This document shows positions 1 to 10,491 of a stretch of DNA of 64,000 bases, in pieces (the stretch's first letter is position 1; every line of letters starts with the position of its first letter). Below the pieces are notes generated by a model. That model was not told the DNA's origin, searched no databases, and was given only the letters and a program-made list of their open reading frames with translations. Origin of the DNA: an uncultured Bacillales bacterium (GTDB lineage: Bacteria > Bacillota_I > Bacilli_A > RF39 > UBA660); NCBI GenBank assembly GCA_947571655.1, contig CANOYR010000008.1, forward strand, positions 1,386 to 65,385. The letters are read 5' to 3'. A program made the position numbers and the translations under genes.

Positions 1-709
1 TCTTGGCAAGTTCTTTTTCAATAAAGTAGCTAGAGTAGGGTTCCATAGAAGTATACAATTCTCCAATAATTCCAACCTTCATGCAATTTTTGGGTTTTTC
101 GATTTTTAAGTTGCAGAATTTCTTTTTATATCGTTTATAAGTATTGTATAAAGAGAAGTATCCTTTACATTTTTCAAAATCATTTAGCATTTTCTTTTTT
201 AGCTCTTCAAAACTTCCGCTTTCTACCTCAAAACCGATATTAGCGCGGATCAATTCATCCTGCCAGTCCATTAGTCGAATCATAAAAATTGTAAGAAGAG
301 CATAATAGGCAAATTTAAAAAAAGAAATCTTAGGATTTAAACGTTTGAATGTTCGATATACCTCTTTTATCGTAAAATGATCTTTATCAATTAAGGATAA
401 AAACTCAAATTCGTAGCCCATATCTTTTAAAATCTTTTCTTGAACTTCTGCATAATAACCATATCTACATCCCCCTCCTGCTTGCATAATAATAGTAGCA
501 CCATTTTCTAAGGTTTCAATAAAGTTCCCTAGGTTATATTTAAAAGGAATACAAACAAATTCAGGAGAAAATTTGGCTCCAAGTTCGATTGTTTTTTTTG
601 TAATTGGAGGAGAAGCTATGATATCGTGTGAAGTTAACTTTTTAAGTAAAAAACGAATAGGAATGTAGTAATCTCCGAGGTGAGGAAAGCTAATTACTTG
701 TTTTTTCAT
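1..709 (-). CDS. DUF2229-like protein (CoA-substrate-specific enzyme activase-associated family), 3' end beyond window
   Basis: Open frame on minus strand from ATG at 709..707 to the window edge. RBS GGAGT 7 nt upstream. Paralogous to the adjacent upstream gene and overlaps its stop by ~20 nt. Family call by recall, not searched. Confidence 0.4.
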   Translation of the reverse strand, partial: MKKQVISFPHLGDYYIPIRFLLKKLTSHDIIASPPITKKTIELGAKFSPEFVCIPFKYNLGNFIETLENGATIIMQAGGGCRYGYYAEVQEKILKDMGYEFEFLSLIDKDHFTIKEVYRTFKRLNPKISFFKFAYYALLTIFMIRLMDWQDELIRANIGFEVESGSFEELKKKMLNDFEKCKGYFSLYNTYKRYKKKFCNLKIEKPKNCMKVGIIGELYTSMEPYSSYFIEKELAK

Positions 710-1622
710 GATCTCTACTCCTTTCCTTTAGGATGTCGATAAAACTTTCAATTCTGGTTGCGAGTCCCGCTTCTCCTGTTGCTTCATCAACGATGAGTTG
801 AATGATTGGTTTTTTTCTTATTTTTCTTAAAATCATTTCATTTGTTAGAGAGTCTGGTCCACAAGGGAATGTCGTAACTAGAACAATACCATCAACATTT
901 TCTTGATAATGGGTAATCGCACCAAGGATTTCCCGGTTATAAGTCCAATAATTCTTACTACTAATTTTGTTTGCTTCTTTTTCTAAGTACTTTCCTAAAT
1001 ATAGATCACTATATATAATCTCTACATCGTTTTCCTTTAAAATCTTAGAAATTGTTTTTCCAATGAAGTCATCGTGTAGATTATATGGATGTCCTGCTAA
1101 TAAAACTTTAATTTTATTAGATTTTGCTAACTCTACCTGTTGTTTACTAACTCTTCTTTCAAAAGAAATCGTTTCTATTTTTTTTGCTTGGTGGTATGCC
1201 TTCACTACTTCACGATAACGGAATCCTAAATTTAATCCCATAGTGGTAAAAGCATAGAATTCATCTTCTTTTCCGTCGATATCTACATTATAATGAACGA
1301 TTCGCTTATTTACCGTATTTCTCACGAGATCATAAAGTGCTGTAAAATTTGTACATAGTTTTTCATGGGGCTTTAAACAAGCAATTCTAGGAACTAAGAG
1401 ATAGTCACATTTATCTATAAGATAGTAAACATGTCCCATATAAATTTTTAAAGATAGACAGGCTTCATCATCTGTTAGTTTTTTTCCATTTTCTAAGATT
1501 TCTAGGTTTGTATTTGGACTGATTATTAGTTCAAATCCTAAATTTTCAAAGAAATGAATCCATAGTTCTCCATATTTATAAAATAATAGCGCTTTTGGTA
1601 TTCCAATTTTTACTTTGTCCAT
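690..1622 (-). CDS. DUF2229-like protein (2-hydroxyacyl-CoA dehydratase/activase-associated family)
   Basis: 310-aa ORF in track. Composition and motif resemblance to DUF2229-type proteins that occur as tandem pairs. No signal peptide. Confidence 0.4.
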   Translation of the reverse strand: MDKVKIGIPKALLFYKYGELWIHFFENLGFELIISPNTNLEILENGKKLTDDEACLSLKIYMGHVYYLIDKCDYLLVPRIACLKPHEKLCTNFTALYDLVRNTVNKRIVHYNVDIDGKEDEFYAFTTMGLNLGFRYREVVKAYHQAKKIETISFERRVSKQQVELAKSNKIKVLLAGHPYNLHDDFIGKTISKILKENDVEIIYSDLYLGKYLEKEANKISSKNYWTYNREILGAITHYQENVDGIVLVTTFPCGPDSLTNEMILRKIRKKPIIQLIVDEATGEAGLATRIESFIDILKERSRDHEKTSN

Positions 1623-1760
1623 GATTTTTCTCCCTTCTAACTAAATATATTCCAAAAATAGATGTTCTAGTAGATACAATATTTGACAATCCTATACATT
1701 CATTTTCAAAAAGAGAGAAGATCATTCTTAAAATTAAGTTATAATGATAAGGGGGTATTT

Positions 1761-2510
1761 ATGAAGAAACAAAATCAAAAGATATGGGATGGATATAAAA
1801 AAGAAGAAAAAATTTTAATTATGAGTGTGTTTGATAAGTATCGAAAATTTGTGAAAACGGGTATGATACAAAGTACTAATTTTTTAAATCCACGTGAATT
1901 TGATGTTGTAATAAAAGCTCTAAAGCATGAAAAAATTTTCTATCATGTAGTTGATTTGCATGAGGAGTGTGAGAATCGAGTAATTACATTTGGCGGAGAT
2001 AATTCTGTTGTTACAATTTATCGTGGAGTTTTTGAAAAACCGATTACACATTCTGATGTTTTGGGAACGTTGTTTTCTATTGGGTATGAAAGAGAGATGA
2101 TTGGTGATATTTTTGTTGAGGGGGATTTGTTTTATTTTACAAACTTAACAAGATTGAATTCTTTTTTAGAACAGAATTTTTATCAAATTAAAAATCAGTC
2201 CATTGTTTTAGAGAAAGTAGAGAAGATATCTTTTAAAAGAAATCGATATCATTCTTTTTCTTTAATTGTCAGTAGTCGTAGGATAGATCATATTGTTGGT
2301 TTGCTTTCTAAAAAAAGTAGAAAAGATAGTTTGGATTTTTTAAAAAGAGGAAATGTTTTTTTGAATTATCAGGAAGTTACGGATGGGGTTATAAGATTAA
2401 AGGATGGAGATATTTTATCAATTCGACATGTTGGAAAATTTCGTTTGATTCGTGGGGTAAAAAATACGAGAAAACAAAAAGAAGTAGTAGAGATATGGAA
2501 ATATCTTTAA
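1761..2510 (+). CDS. YlmH-like S4-domain RNA-binding protein
   Basis: ATG at 1761 preceded by AAGGGGGT RBS. C-terminal S4-like segment (DHIVGLLSKKSRKDSLDFLKRGNVFLNYQEV). Confidence 0.5.
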   Translation: MKKQNQKIWDGYKKEEKILIMSVFDKYRKFVKTGMIQSTNFLNPREFDVVIKALKHEKIFYHVVDLHEECENRVITFGGDNSVVTIYRGVFEKPITHSDVLGTLFSIGYEREMIGDIFVEGDLFYFTNLTRLNSFLEQNFYQIKNQSIVLEKVEKISFKRNRYHSFSLIVSSRRIDHIVGLLSKKSRKDSLDFLKRGNVFLNYQEVTDGVIRLKDGDILSIRHVGKFRLIRGVKNTRKQKEVVEIWKYL

Positions 2511-2521
2511 TGGAGGTAGTT

Positions 2522-3190
2522 ATGAAACAAAAAATTTTAGTAGGAATTATTATTGTTGGTTATATATTTTTGTTCTTTCCAGAGTATTCTTTTGCTTTAG
2601 AAGAGAATTTGGAAGAAGAGGTAGTAACTTTGGAGAAATGTGTAGATGGAGATACAGCAACTTTTCAGGATTCTCTTGGATCTATTTTTAAGACTAGATT
2701 TTTAGCAATTGATACACCAGAAACGGTTCATCCAACTAAGAAAGTAGAACAATATGGAAAAGAGGCAAGTGAATATACTTGTAATCGTTTAACAAATGCG
2801 AAAGAAATTAAATTGGAGTATGATGAGGGATCTGATAAAGAAGATAAGTATGGAAGAAGACTCGCTTGGATTTTTGTAGATGGGGAATTACTTCAGGAAG
2901 AGTTAATAGAACTTGGCTATGCAAAAGTTGCTTATTTATATGGAGATTATCGATATACAGAACTTCTTCAAGAAAAGGAACAACAGTCAAAAGAAAAAAA
3001 GGTGGGAATTTGGTTAGAAGAGAAGGAAGAAGAGCAAGAAGAAGAAAAAATAGAAACAGTGGAACAGGAAAAGAAAGAAAAAAAGAAGAATTGGATTGAG
3101 AAACTGATTGATTATACTCTAGGAGAAATTTTTAGATATATTGATAAAATCCTTGAAAAAATTGCAAAGTATGTAGAAAGTGTGCTATAA
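2522..3190 (+). CDS. Membrane-anchored thermonuclease (SNase-like) with Glu/Lys-rich C-terminus
   Basis: RBS GGAGGT. N-terminal hydrophobic anchor. SNase core motifs DGDTATF...RFLAIDTPE...YGRRLAWIFVDGE. Confidence 0.7.
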   Translation: MKQKILVGIIIVGYIFLFFPEYSFALEENLEEEVVTLEKCVDGDTATFQDSLGSIFKTRFLAIDTPETVHPTKKVEQYGKEASEYTCNRLTNAKEIKLEYDEGSDKEDKYGRRLAWIFVDGELLQEELIELGYAKVAYLYGDYRYTELLQEKEQQSKEKKVGIWLEEKEEEQEEEKIETVEQEKKEKKKNWIEKLIDYTLGEIFRYIDKILEKIAKYVESVL

Positions 3191-3226
3191 TTTGAGATGT
3201 GAGAGTAACAAAAATTGGAGGTAGTT

Positions 3227-3772
3227 ATGAAATTAACAAAAGAACAAGTAGAAAAAATAAAAACGATAAGTATTGTCATTTTAGGAATCCTCGTATTTTT
3301 TGGTTTGATTTATTTTATTTCAGAGCATACGGGAGATCGTAGTATGGATAAGCAAGCTGTCTTAAATCAAGAAGAAACTGATAATCCATTATTGGAAGAT
3401 GGAGAGGTCATTGATGAAAATGAGTTAGGAGAACTTACTTCTATCGATATGGAATCTTTAAAGAATGCTTTAGAAAATAAAGAAAAGAAACTTGTTATGC
3501 TAGGAACAGAATCTTGTTATTGGTGTGTTCAACAAAAACCAATTTTAAGATCAATTGTATATCAAAATGAGATAGAAATCGATTATATGGATCTTAATAA
3601 TTTATCGAGTGAAGAGTATTCAGAACTTACAACTTTACATGAGGATTTACAAGCTTTCGGAACACCAACTTTTATTGTATTAAGTGATGGTGTCGTTTCT
3701 GAGGTTTCTGTTGGTGGACAAACTTCTAGTCAAATCAGAGCTTTGTTACAAAAATATGAAATGATTGATTAA
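3227..3772 (+). CDS. Membrane-anchored thioredoxin-like protein
   Basis: RBS GGAGGT before ATG 3227. Single TM helix. CYWC (CxxC) redox motif in a thioredoxin-sized domain. Confidence 0.5.
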   Translation: MKLTKEQVEKIKTISIVILGILVFFGLIYFISEHTGDRSMDKQAVLNQEETDNPLLEDGEVIDENELGELTSIDMESLKNALENKEKKLVMLGTESCYWCVQQKPILRSIVYQNEIEIDYMDLNNLSSEEYSELTTLHEDLQAFGTPTFIVLSDGVVSEVSVGGQTSSQIRALLQKYEMID

Positions 3773-3785
3773 AAGGGGGATTTTT

Positions 3786-4220
3786 ATGGCAGGTATCTAT
3801 GAACGTGCAGCAGAATTTAAGAAAAAATTTCCAATGACAATTGCTTGGCGATTAAAGAAGAATTCAAAAATTGTAGAAAAATACTTAAAAGATGATGAGA
3901 AGGTGTTATATGTATTTGCTGCACAAAAAAATAATAACCCATTTGATATTTTTACTAGTGCAGTGATTGCTTTAACGAATCAAAGAATTATCATCGGAAG
4001 AAAGAGAGTGATTTTTGGATATTTTTTTGATTCTGTCACTCCAGACTTATTTAACGATTTGAAAGTGTTGTCTGGTGTTATTTGGGGAAAAATTCATATT
4101 GATACGGCCAAAGAGTTTATTACGCTTTCAAATCTTGATAAACAATCCCTTCCTCAAATCGAAGAAATGGTTGGAGTTTGTATGAAGAATAAAAAGCAGC
4201 AAGTAAGAAGAGAAATGTAA
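3786..4220 (+). CDS. Bacterial PH-domain (bPH/YokE-like) protein
   Basis: RBS AAAAGGGGGA then ATG 3786. Pattern LTNQRIIIGRK...GKIHI typical of bacterial PH folds. Confidence 0.35.
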   Translation: MAGIYERAAEFKKKFPMTIAWRLKKNSKIVEKYLKDDEKVLYVFAAQKNNNPFDIFTSAVIALTNQRIIIGRKRVIFGYFFDSVTPDLFNDLKVLSGVIWGKIHIDTAKEFITLSNLDKQSLPQIEEMVGVCMKNKKQQVRREM

Positions 4221-4380
4221 AGATTCTTTTTCTTTTTTTATATAAAGATGTGTAGAAGTTATTTGTTGCTTATTATTTTTTAATTTCTGTTTTGTATTTA
4301 TAAAAAGAAATTGTATATCTGAAAATAAAATGGTAAACTTATTATATAAGATTAGATAAGATAAATGGGAGGAATTTTTC

Positions 4381-4962
4381 ATGAAAAAGAAAAAGAAAGA
4401 TAAAAAGTGGTATATCCTTTGTTTTATTGCGTTAATTTTAGGTGGTGTTAGTTTTACGATGGTTGTCTATGCGGCAGTTACTCAGACTCTAAAAATTACT
4501 GGTAGTGCAAAAGTGCAAGGACCAGAGTGGAATATTCATTTTGAAAATTTGAAGGAAGCAGTAACTACAGGAAATGGACAAGAAAATGAGAAACCAACAT
4601 TGAAAGACACTGCGATTAATAATATTGATATTGTTTTTAGTGGAGGTGGAAGTGTTTCTTATGAATTTGATGTAAAGAATAGTGGGAGTTTGGATGCTCA
4701 GATTGGAACTCTTACAATTTTTACTGCCCCAACTTGCATTGGAACTGGTGATCAAAAAGAAGCTGATGAGAAATTAGTATGTGATTCTATTTCTTCAAGT
4801 TTAACTTATGAGGATGGAACTTTAGTAAGAGAGGGAGATATGTTAGATGCAGGAGAAAGCAAGACGATGAAATATACACTGACTTATCAACCTACAGCCA
4901 ATGTAGCCGCAGCAGTTAATATTAATGAATTGGGGTCAACTATTATTTATGTAGAGAGATAG
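4381..4962 (+). CDS. Secreted protein, candidate SipW-cognate (TasA/camelysin-like) substrate
   Basis: Lys-rich n-region plus hydrophobic h-region followed by TQTLKITGSAKV, resembling SipW-cognate signal peptides. Lies immediately upstream of a SipW-type peptidase gene. Confidence 0.3.
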   Translation: MKKKKKDKKWYILCFIALILGGVSFTMVVYAAVTQTLKITGSAKVQGPEWNIHFENLKEAVTTGNGQENEKPTLKDTAINNIDIVFSGGGSVSYEFDVKNSGSLDAQIGTLTIFTAPTCIGTGDQKEADEKLVCDSISSSLTYEDGTLVREGDMLDAGESKTMKYTLTYQPTANVAAAVNINELGSTIIYVER

Positions 4963-5001
4963 TAATTCTTGATATAAAAAGAGTAAAAGTTGGTGAAAAG
5001 G

Positions 5002-6129
5002 ATGAAAAGAGGACAAATTGTCTTATTAATTATGAATATTGTATTAATTGGACTTACCCTACTTAATGTTTTTTTTCGTTTCTTAGATGAATGGGTATTG
5101 ACAATATTTTTAGGGATTATATTATTTACTTTAATTAAATATTTTGGTTTTGAGAGAACAAAAAAATACTATCAAAAGTATATTTTAATCATTGTTTTAA
5201 TGGCATGGTTTATTTATACAATTATTAGTTATTTTTTAGGGTTGACGATTTTAGGTTTTACAATTAGTCCGCTTTCTTCTGTTTTCCAAAAGGTTGTAAT
5301 TAGAACAGTTCCGATTTTTTTGATTATTGTATTTTCAGAATTGATTCGTTATATTTTGGTAACTAAAGGACGAAAGTATAAAGATATCTTAATTATAACA
5401 GCTTTTACTTTTATTTTAGTAGATGTCACTGTTTTTATTGGAAATTTTAACTTTCATGATTCAAAAATGGTATTAGAGTTTATTTTGTTGATAATGACTT
5501 TAATTAGTAAAAATATATTTTTAACTTATGTATCTTATAAAACGGATTATAGAATTCCAATCATTTATCGGTTATTAATGGAGTTACCAATTTATGTCTT
5601 TTCTAGATTTCCAAATTTAGGAGAGTATGTGGATACAGTAATTAAATTTTTACTGCCAATTGTATTAGCGTTTTTAACATACCGAAATTTAAAGGTGAAA
5701 ACGATAGAAAAGCCAAAAGAGAAAAGTAAAACTAAGAGAACAATTTCTTATATTTTATTGGCTGTTTTTATTGTATTTTTTGTAGGTATTACATGTGGAT
5801 GGTTTCGTTATTATACTTTAGCAGTTGGTTCTGGAAGTATGTCTCCAAATATAAAAAAAGGAGATATCATTGTTGTTGAGAAAATAAAAAATAAAAAGGA
5901 AGAATTAAAGATTGGGGATGTATTGGTGTTTCAATATAACGATACAATTATTGTTCATAGAATTATCAAGATAGAAAATGGCTATTTTTATACAAAGGGA
6001 GATGCGAACACTGATCCAGATGATTATCCAATTCCAGAAGGGGATGTTTTAGGAAAAGCAGTATTGAGGATGCCTGTTGTTGGAAAGCCAATCATATGGT
6101 TGAATGAGCTATTAGAAAAGAGTAAATAA
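5002..6129 (+). CDS. Polytopic membrane domain fused to signal peptidase I (SipW/archaeal-type S26)
   Basis: About 250 aa with 7-8 predicted TM helices, then the S26 catalytic region GSGSMSPNIKKGDIIVV...HRII...KGDAN. Confidence 0.6.
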   Translation: MKRGQIVLLIMNIVLIGLTLLNVFFRFLDEWVLTIFLGIILFTLIKYFGFERTKKYYQKYILIIVLMAWFIYTIISYFLGLTILGFTISPLSSVFQKVVIRTVPIFLIIVFSELIRYILVTKGRKYKDILIITAFTFILVDVTVFIGNFNFHDSKMVLEFILLIMTLISKNIFLTYVSYKTDYRIPIIYRLLMELPIYVFSRFPNLGEYVDTVIKFLLPIVLAFLTYRNLKVKTIEKPKEKSKTKRTISYILLAVFIVFFVGITCGWFRYYTLAVGSGSMSPNIKKGDIIVVEKIKNKKEELKIGDVLVFQYNDTIIVHRIIKIENGYFYTKGDANTDPDDYPIPEGDVLGKAVLRMPVVGKPIIWLNELLEKSK

Positions 6130-6161
6130 GGTTATCAATAAAGTAGAATGGGAGTGAAGAA

Positions 6162-7427
6162 ATGCGGATGATTCAAAGGATAATTTCCATTATCTTGCTA
6201 CTAATGATTTTATTTTTTGTAGTTCAATGGGGAGTTACTTATTTAAAGAAAAGTCATGAAATTATATATGATTTTGTAACGAATGATGAAACTTTCGAAA
6301 TCAAAGAAAATTATAGAAAAGACTATGGAGATATGTATTATGTAGAGATTTCATTAGGAGATGAAAAGTTTTATTATACATTTAAAAATGACTTTCAAAA
6401 AAAGAAAAAGATAATCTCAGATATTAAAATGGTAAAGAATGATCAACTTGTTTGTATTTATCCAATATTAGAAAAAGGAAATCATTCTTATGATATTGAA
6501 TGCAGTAGTGAAAAAAAATTGTATAGTTATGAATCTATGAAAAATGATCCTACAGTTCAAGAATTTGTTCAAATGCTAAAAAAAGATCATATAAATTTGA
6601 ATTCTTGGGAAGAGGAATCTGATGAAGAAATAGGAAATGAGCAATCTACGGCTTATCAAAAAAATATCTTAGAGGAAGATAAAATTATTGTTTGGTATTA
6701 CCAGGGAATCGAAATTTTTTCCTCAGCTATTTCAAAGAGTGTTCCGTTATTAGATTGGGATAAGTATGAGAATAAACATGGAGTTTTAGTGGGAAAGTAT
6801 TATTTAATTCCAACTTATCAGTCGAATGTAGTCTTTGATTTTTCTAAAATGACGATTGTAGATGTCACTTCTAGTAATTTTTGGACGATTGACTTTCCTC
6901 AAATGGTATCACAAAATACTTATATCAATGGAGTTGTTGATGGAAAAGTATATTATTTAGATAAGGATCATGTGATACAGTATGAACTTAATCCTGAACA
7001 AAGGAGCATTCGAACGATTGGAAATCAAGAGTTAGATGCACAATATTATAATGGAACATGGGAAACTGTAAATATTTATGATTTAATTAATAACGAAAGA
7101 AAATTTGAGATTGCTTATACGAAACAGTTTGATTTTCAAAGAGATGATATTCAAGAGATTTTTGAAAGTAATGGGTCTTTTTACTATTACACTCAATCGG
7201 GTGATTTTTATCAAGTTTTAAAATTTTATCCAAATAGTGAGATGTTTTTATTTCATGTGGACAATCCTAGTAGTGTTATTGTAAATCAGAATACAATTTA
7301 TTATATCAAGGGGGATACTTTATATTTTTATAAAGAAGGTTATGGTAATCGAAAGGTTGTAAAAAATAATGAATTTTTATATAATCCAGTGAATCGTGTT
7401 CAGATTTATAAAGAATCTAAGTCATAG
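6162..7427 (+). CDS. Hypothetical membrane-anchored extracytoplasmic protein
   Basis: RBS GGGAGTGAAG. N-terminal TM helix. Tyr/Asn-rich beta-rich body. No recognisable family. Confidence 0.3.
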   Translation: MRMIQRIISIILLLMILFFVVQWGVTYLKKSHEIIYDFVTNDETFEIKENYRKDYGDMYYVEISLGDEKFYYTFKNDFQKKKKIISDIKMVKNDQLVCIYPILEKGNHSYDIECSSEKKLYSYESMKNDPTVQEFVQMLKKDHINLNSWEEESDEEIGNEQSTAYQKNILEEDKIIVWYYQGIEIFSSAISKSVPLLDWDKYENKHGVLVGKYYLIPTYQSNVVFDFSKMTIVDVTSSNFWTIDFPQMVSQNTYINGVVDGKVYYLDKDHVIQYELNPEQRSIRTIGNQELDAQYYNGTWETVNIYDLINNERKFEIAYTKQFDFQRDDIQEIFESNGSFYYYTQSGDFYQVLKFYPNSEMFLFHVDNPSSVIVNQNTIYYIKGDTLYFYKEGYGNRKVVKNNEFLYNPVNRVQIYKESKS

Positions 7428-7466
7428 ATTCTTTTTTTAATTCATAAATTGAAGTGGGAGGAATTT

Positions 7467-7925
7467 ATGGAAAAATATATTGTAAAAGAGGGAGATACGC
7501 TTTTATCAATTGCACGAGCGTTTTATGTACGTCCAATCGATTTGATTTTAGAAAATAAATTAGAAGATGTTTATGAATTAAGTCCTGGAATGGAATTGAT
7601 CATTCCTGTAGATATGCCCCTTGGTTTTACTTCTTATACTGTGAAAAAGGGAGATAGTTTGTATGCCATATCAAAGAGTCTTGGGAATATCACACCAACT
7701 CAATTAGCAGAAGTGAATGGATTAGAAATTAATGAGTATATTTATCCAGGACAACGTTTAATTGTTCCAAAGCCTGGTGTAAAGGTTTATATAACAAAAG
7801 AGGGAGACACCATTCGAACGGTTGCTGAAGAGATTGGAACTGATGATAAAAGTTTGATTGTTTATAATCCCAATATTTATCTTTTACCAGAACAGCTCAT
7901 TGCTTATGAACTTCCAAAAAATTAG
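7467..7925 (+). CDS. LysM-repeat protein (3 LysM domains)
   Basis: GGGAGG RBS before ATG 7467. Three repeats: YIVKEGDTLLSIARAF, YTVKKGDSLYAISKSL, YITKEGDTIRTVAEEIG. Confidence 0.7.
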   Translation: MEKYIVKEGDTLLSIARAFYVRPIDLILENKLEDVYELSPGMELIIPVDMPLGFTSYTVKKGDSLYAISKSLGNITPTQLAEVNGLEINEYIYPGQRLIVPKPGVKVYITKEGDTIRTVAEEIGTDDKSLIVYNPNIYLLPEQLIAYELPKN

Positions 7926-7996
7926 GCTTTTCTTTTTTACTTGTTTTTGATAAAATGAAATTAATAGGAAAATATTGTCCAAGAGGTGATAGAATA

Positions 7997-8380
7997 ATGA
8001 TGGAATATGAAGGAGGATATATTTTATCGTATCTTTCCGATTATTTAAAGATGGATTCTAAGGGAGAATTTCATCATGGTAAGTTAGGAAGTAATCTTAC
8101 ACCAATCTCTAAAAAGGAAGCATCCAAGCGGGTAATGTATAATTTTTTTGAGGAAAATGCTTGGAATATTGAAGGTGTTTCTGTAATTTCAGATTACCCA
8201 AAGACATATTCAGAAGTTGCTATGAAGAAATTTTCAGAACAGGTAGGAATAGAAAATTTAGAGGAAGCTTTAATTTGGTGTCAGGAAATTAGCTATAATG
8301 TATTAAAAAATAAAAAGGATTTTTTTGAAAATATGTTAAAAGAGAATATTGTAGAAGAAGATTTTGTAAGAATGAGGTAA
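7997..8380 (+). CDS. Hypothetical protein
   Basis: ORF with AGAGGTGA RBS 7 nt upstream of ATG 7997. The track ORF starts earlier at 7955. Confidence 0.3.
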   Translation: MMEYEGGYILSYLSDYLKMDSKGEFHHGKLGSNLTPISKKEASKRVMYNFFEENAWNIEGVSVISDYPKTYSEVAMKKFSEQVGIENLEEALIWCQEISYNVLKNKKDFFENMLKENIVEEDFVRMR

Positions 8381-8454
8381 TGATTATATTTACTGTTATT
8401 TACAGGCAGAAAATAATGAAATAGCAAATTATGAATAAGAAAGTCTTTGCGTAG

Positions 8455-8534
8455 GAAATAATCCAAACTTTTATAATTTAGAGCTAAAATAAAAAAGTAT
8501 CAATTTTAAAAGAAGTTGGTACTTTTTTAGTGTT
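8455..8534. repeat. Left arm of ~80 bp imperfect inverted repeat bracketing a 2.3 kb cassette
   Basis: gaaataatccaaacttttata...gtatcaattttaaaagaagttggtacttttttagtgtt is the reverse complement of 10790..10870. Both ends are near-perfect and the central ~20 nt diverge. Confidence 0.75.
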
Positions 8535-8840
8535 TAATTTGGTATCCTTTCTATTCACATAGTTTTTTAAGACTTTCTTCTTGCTCATCTAAACTAAAAT
8601 CAAACTTAGACTGATTTTCTAGACTTACTATTATGGAATATGTATACTGTATTATTTTAAAACACTTGATATCATCAATTTTGATTACAAAGCAAATACC
8701 AACATCACTATTGATACAAATATAAAACAAGAAAAAGTCCATATTGATAAATTAGATGTTACTTTATCACTAGGACTTTAAAAATAGCATATTTCAAATA
8801 TAAGTAATAATTGTTGAATCAGATGGCTTAACGATATAAG

Positions 8841-9515
8841 CTATTTTTTTGTATATACCTTTAAATAATTTGTCCATTCTGGAACATTTTCCTCATCAAA
8901 TAAATGATATAAAAAGTCTACAATAATTTGATGTCTATTTTTGGCTTCTTCTTTTCCAGATTCTGTTAGCATTAAATCTTTAAGTTTTAATATTTTTTCA
9001 AACAAATGGCAAACACTACTATCAGCGCATTTACTTGTATATTTTTCTGCTGTCATATCTTCAATTGGAAATATATTTTTATTGAAAAAAGGTTTTCCAT
9101 TCTTCATACTATAAGTATAAACTCTGATAATTCCATTAGCGCCTAATGCGTCACACATATCTGCATCAGATACAATTTTTCCCTCAAGTGTTGTTGGAGT
9201 GCAACCTTTTAATCTTTTGCTATAGCCAATGTTATTAAGAGCAAAACAAACCTGTTCTTGTGTACTTTCATCTACATTGCATTCTCTCATAATTCTTTTA
9301 GCATTTGTTAAATTTTCAGCATTATCCATACCAAATAATTTATAATCGTCTACATCATGTAGTAATGCAATTAACGATACAATTATTTCGTTTCCAGCTT
9401 CTTTTTTTGCAAATTTTAAAGATAAGTTTAGAACTCTATTTATGTGTTCCATTCCATGACCAGAATTATCATTATTTAATAATTCATTTACTTTTTTTTT
9501 GACTTGTTCTATCAT
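8841..9515 (-). CDS. HD-domain phosphohydrolase
   Basis: H...HD motif (GHGMEHINRV...LLHDVDDYK) and downstream D. Confidence 0.6.
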   Translation of the reverse strand: MIEQVKKKVNELLNNDNSGHGMEHINRVLNLSLKFAKKEAGNEIIVSLIALLHDVDDYKLFGMDNAENLTNAKRIMRECNVDESTQEQVCFALNNIGYSKRLKGCTPTTLEGKIVSDADMCDALGANGIIRVYTYSMKNGKPFFNKNIFPIEDMTAEKYTSKCADSSVCHLFEKILKLKDLMLTESGKEEAKNRHQIIVDFLYHLFDEENVPEWTNYLKVYTKK

Positions 9516-10273
9516 TATTTAATCTCCTTAAACCCATTTCGACTCCATAACCACAGTGGTGTATGAATATCAATAGGTTTGTATTTTGTATTCTTCAGCA
9601 ATTTTTGCCACTTGTCTATAACGATTTGTTGTACGTTGCTTGAATTAAACTCATCATCTGTAATTAAACCTAGTTTATGTGTTGCTTTGCATACGTGGGT
9701 ATCTGGGGCAACAGTTAGATTTTCAATATCCTTGTACTTTATATCGGTATATTGATAGATTACATATAACCAGTAATTACATATTTTTGTTCCTGATAAA
9801 TATGGGAATTTCTTTTTGTTGTCCTTCTGTATAAAATTTCTAATTTTATCTACATTATTATCTAGCATCTCAAATAATTTTCTTATATCGCCATCAAATA
9901 ATTCTATAAAAGTATTACAAAGTGATAACCAAATTTCAGTTTGTTTTTTCTTTTGTAAAGCAACTTTATATTTAGTTAAGGCATATTGTACTTCTTCAAA
10001 TGTTTTTTCTAAACATATTTTAGGATTAAAGACAAATCTTGTTTCAGGATCCTCATAAGTTTTTAATACATTTTCCCAAAGTGTATAAGAATTTCTTTGA
10101 TAGTTTAATGACATAGGTAAAGTAAAATACAAATAATTCTCTAAACTTCCTTTTTCAAAATGTGGATTAGCATCTTCAGGCATTACCTCACCACCAAGTT
10201 CTCCATTTTTATACATAATCATAAGTTTATCAACTTTATTCAATATTTCATTTTCATTCATTGCTACCACCAT
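9515..10273 (-). CDS. Putative HhH-GPD superfamily DNA glycosylase
   Basis: Segment LTVAPDTHVCKATHKLGLI resembles the endonuclease III/AlkA-type motif (xVDTHvxRvxxRlGl). Weak, by eye only. Confidence 0.3.
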   Translation of the reverse strand: MVVAMNENEILNKVDKLMIMYKNGELGGEVMPEDANPHFEKGSLENYLYFTLPMSLNYQRNSYTLWENVLKTYEDPETRFVFNPKICLEKTFEEVQYALTKYKVALQKKKQTEIWLSLCNTFIELFDGDIRKLFEMLDNNVDKIRNFIQKDNKKKFPYLSGTKICNYWLYVIYQYTDIKYKDIENLTVAPDTHVCKATHKLGLITDDEFNSSNVQQIVIDKWQKLLKNTKYKPIDIHTPLWLWSRNGFKEIK

Positions 10274-10491
10274 CTATATTATACTATAAAAATATCTTGT
10301 TTTTCCATGCAATTTAAGTAATCAAAAAATATCTAAGTTATTTAATAATTCAAAACTTACATAAGTATTCAATCATATAAATGTACTATAAATAAAAGAA
10401 ACTTAAACTTCAAAATAACATTTTTACTGAAAACATTAAACATTATTAATTATAAATATTCAAGTGATATAATTAGTACTAATATTTATTT

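Noticed and set aside
2808-3099. Antisense and alternate-frame ORFs inside the thermonuclease gene (2808-2990 minus, 2866-3099 plus)
   Set aside because: These are shadow ORFs within a Glu/Lys-rich low-complexity coding tract. They have no RBS and Arg/Lys-rich nonsense composition.
8551-8742. 63-aa minus-strand ORF at the left edge of the IR-bounded cassette
   Set aside because: No RBS and no recognisable motif. It could be real but cannot be supported. Kept only as part of the cassette finding.
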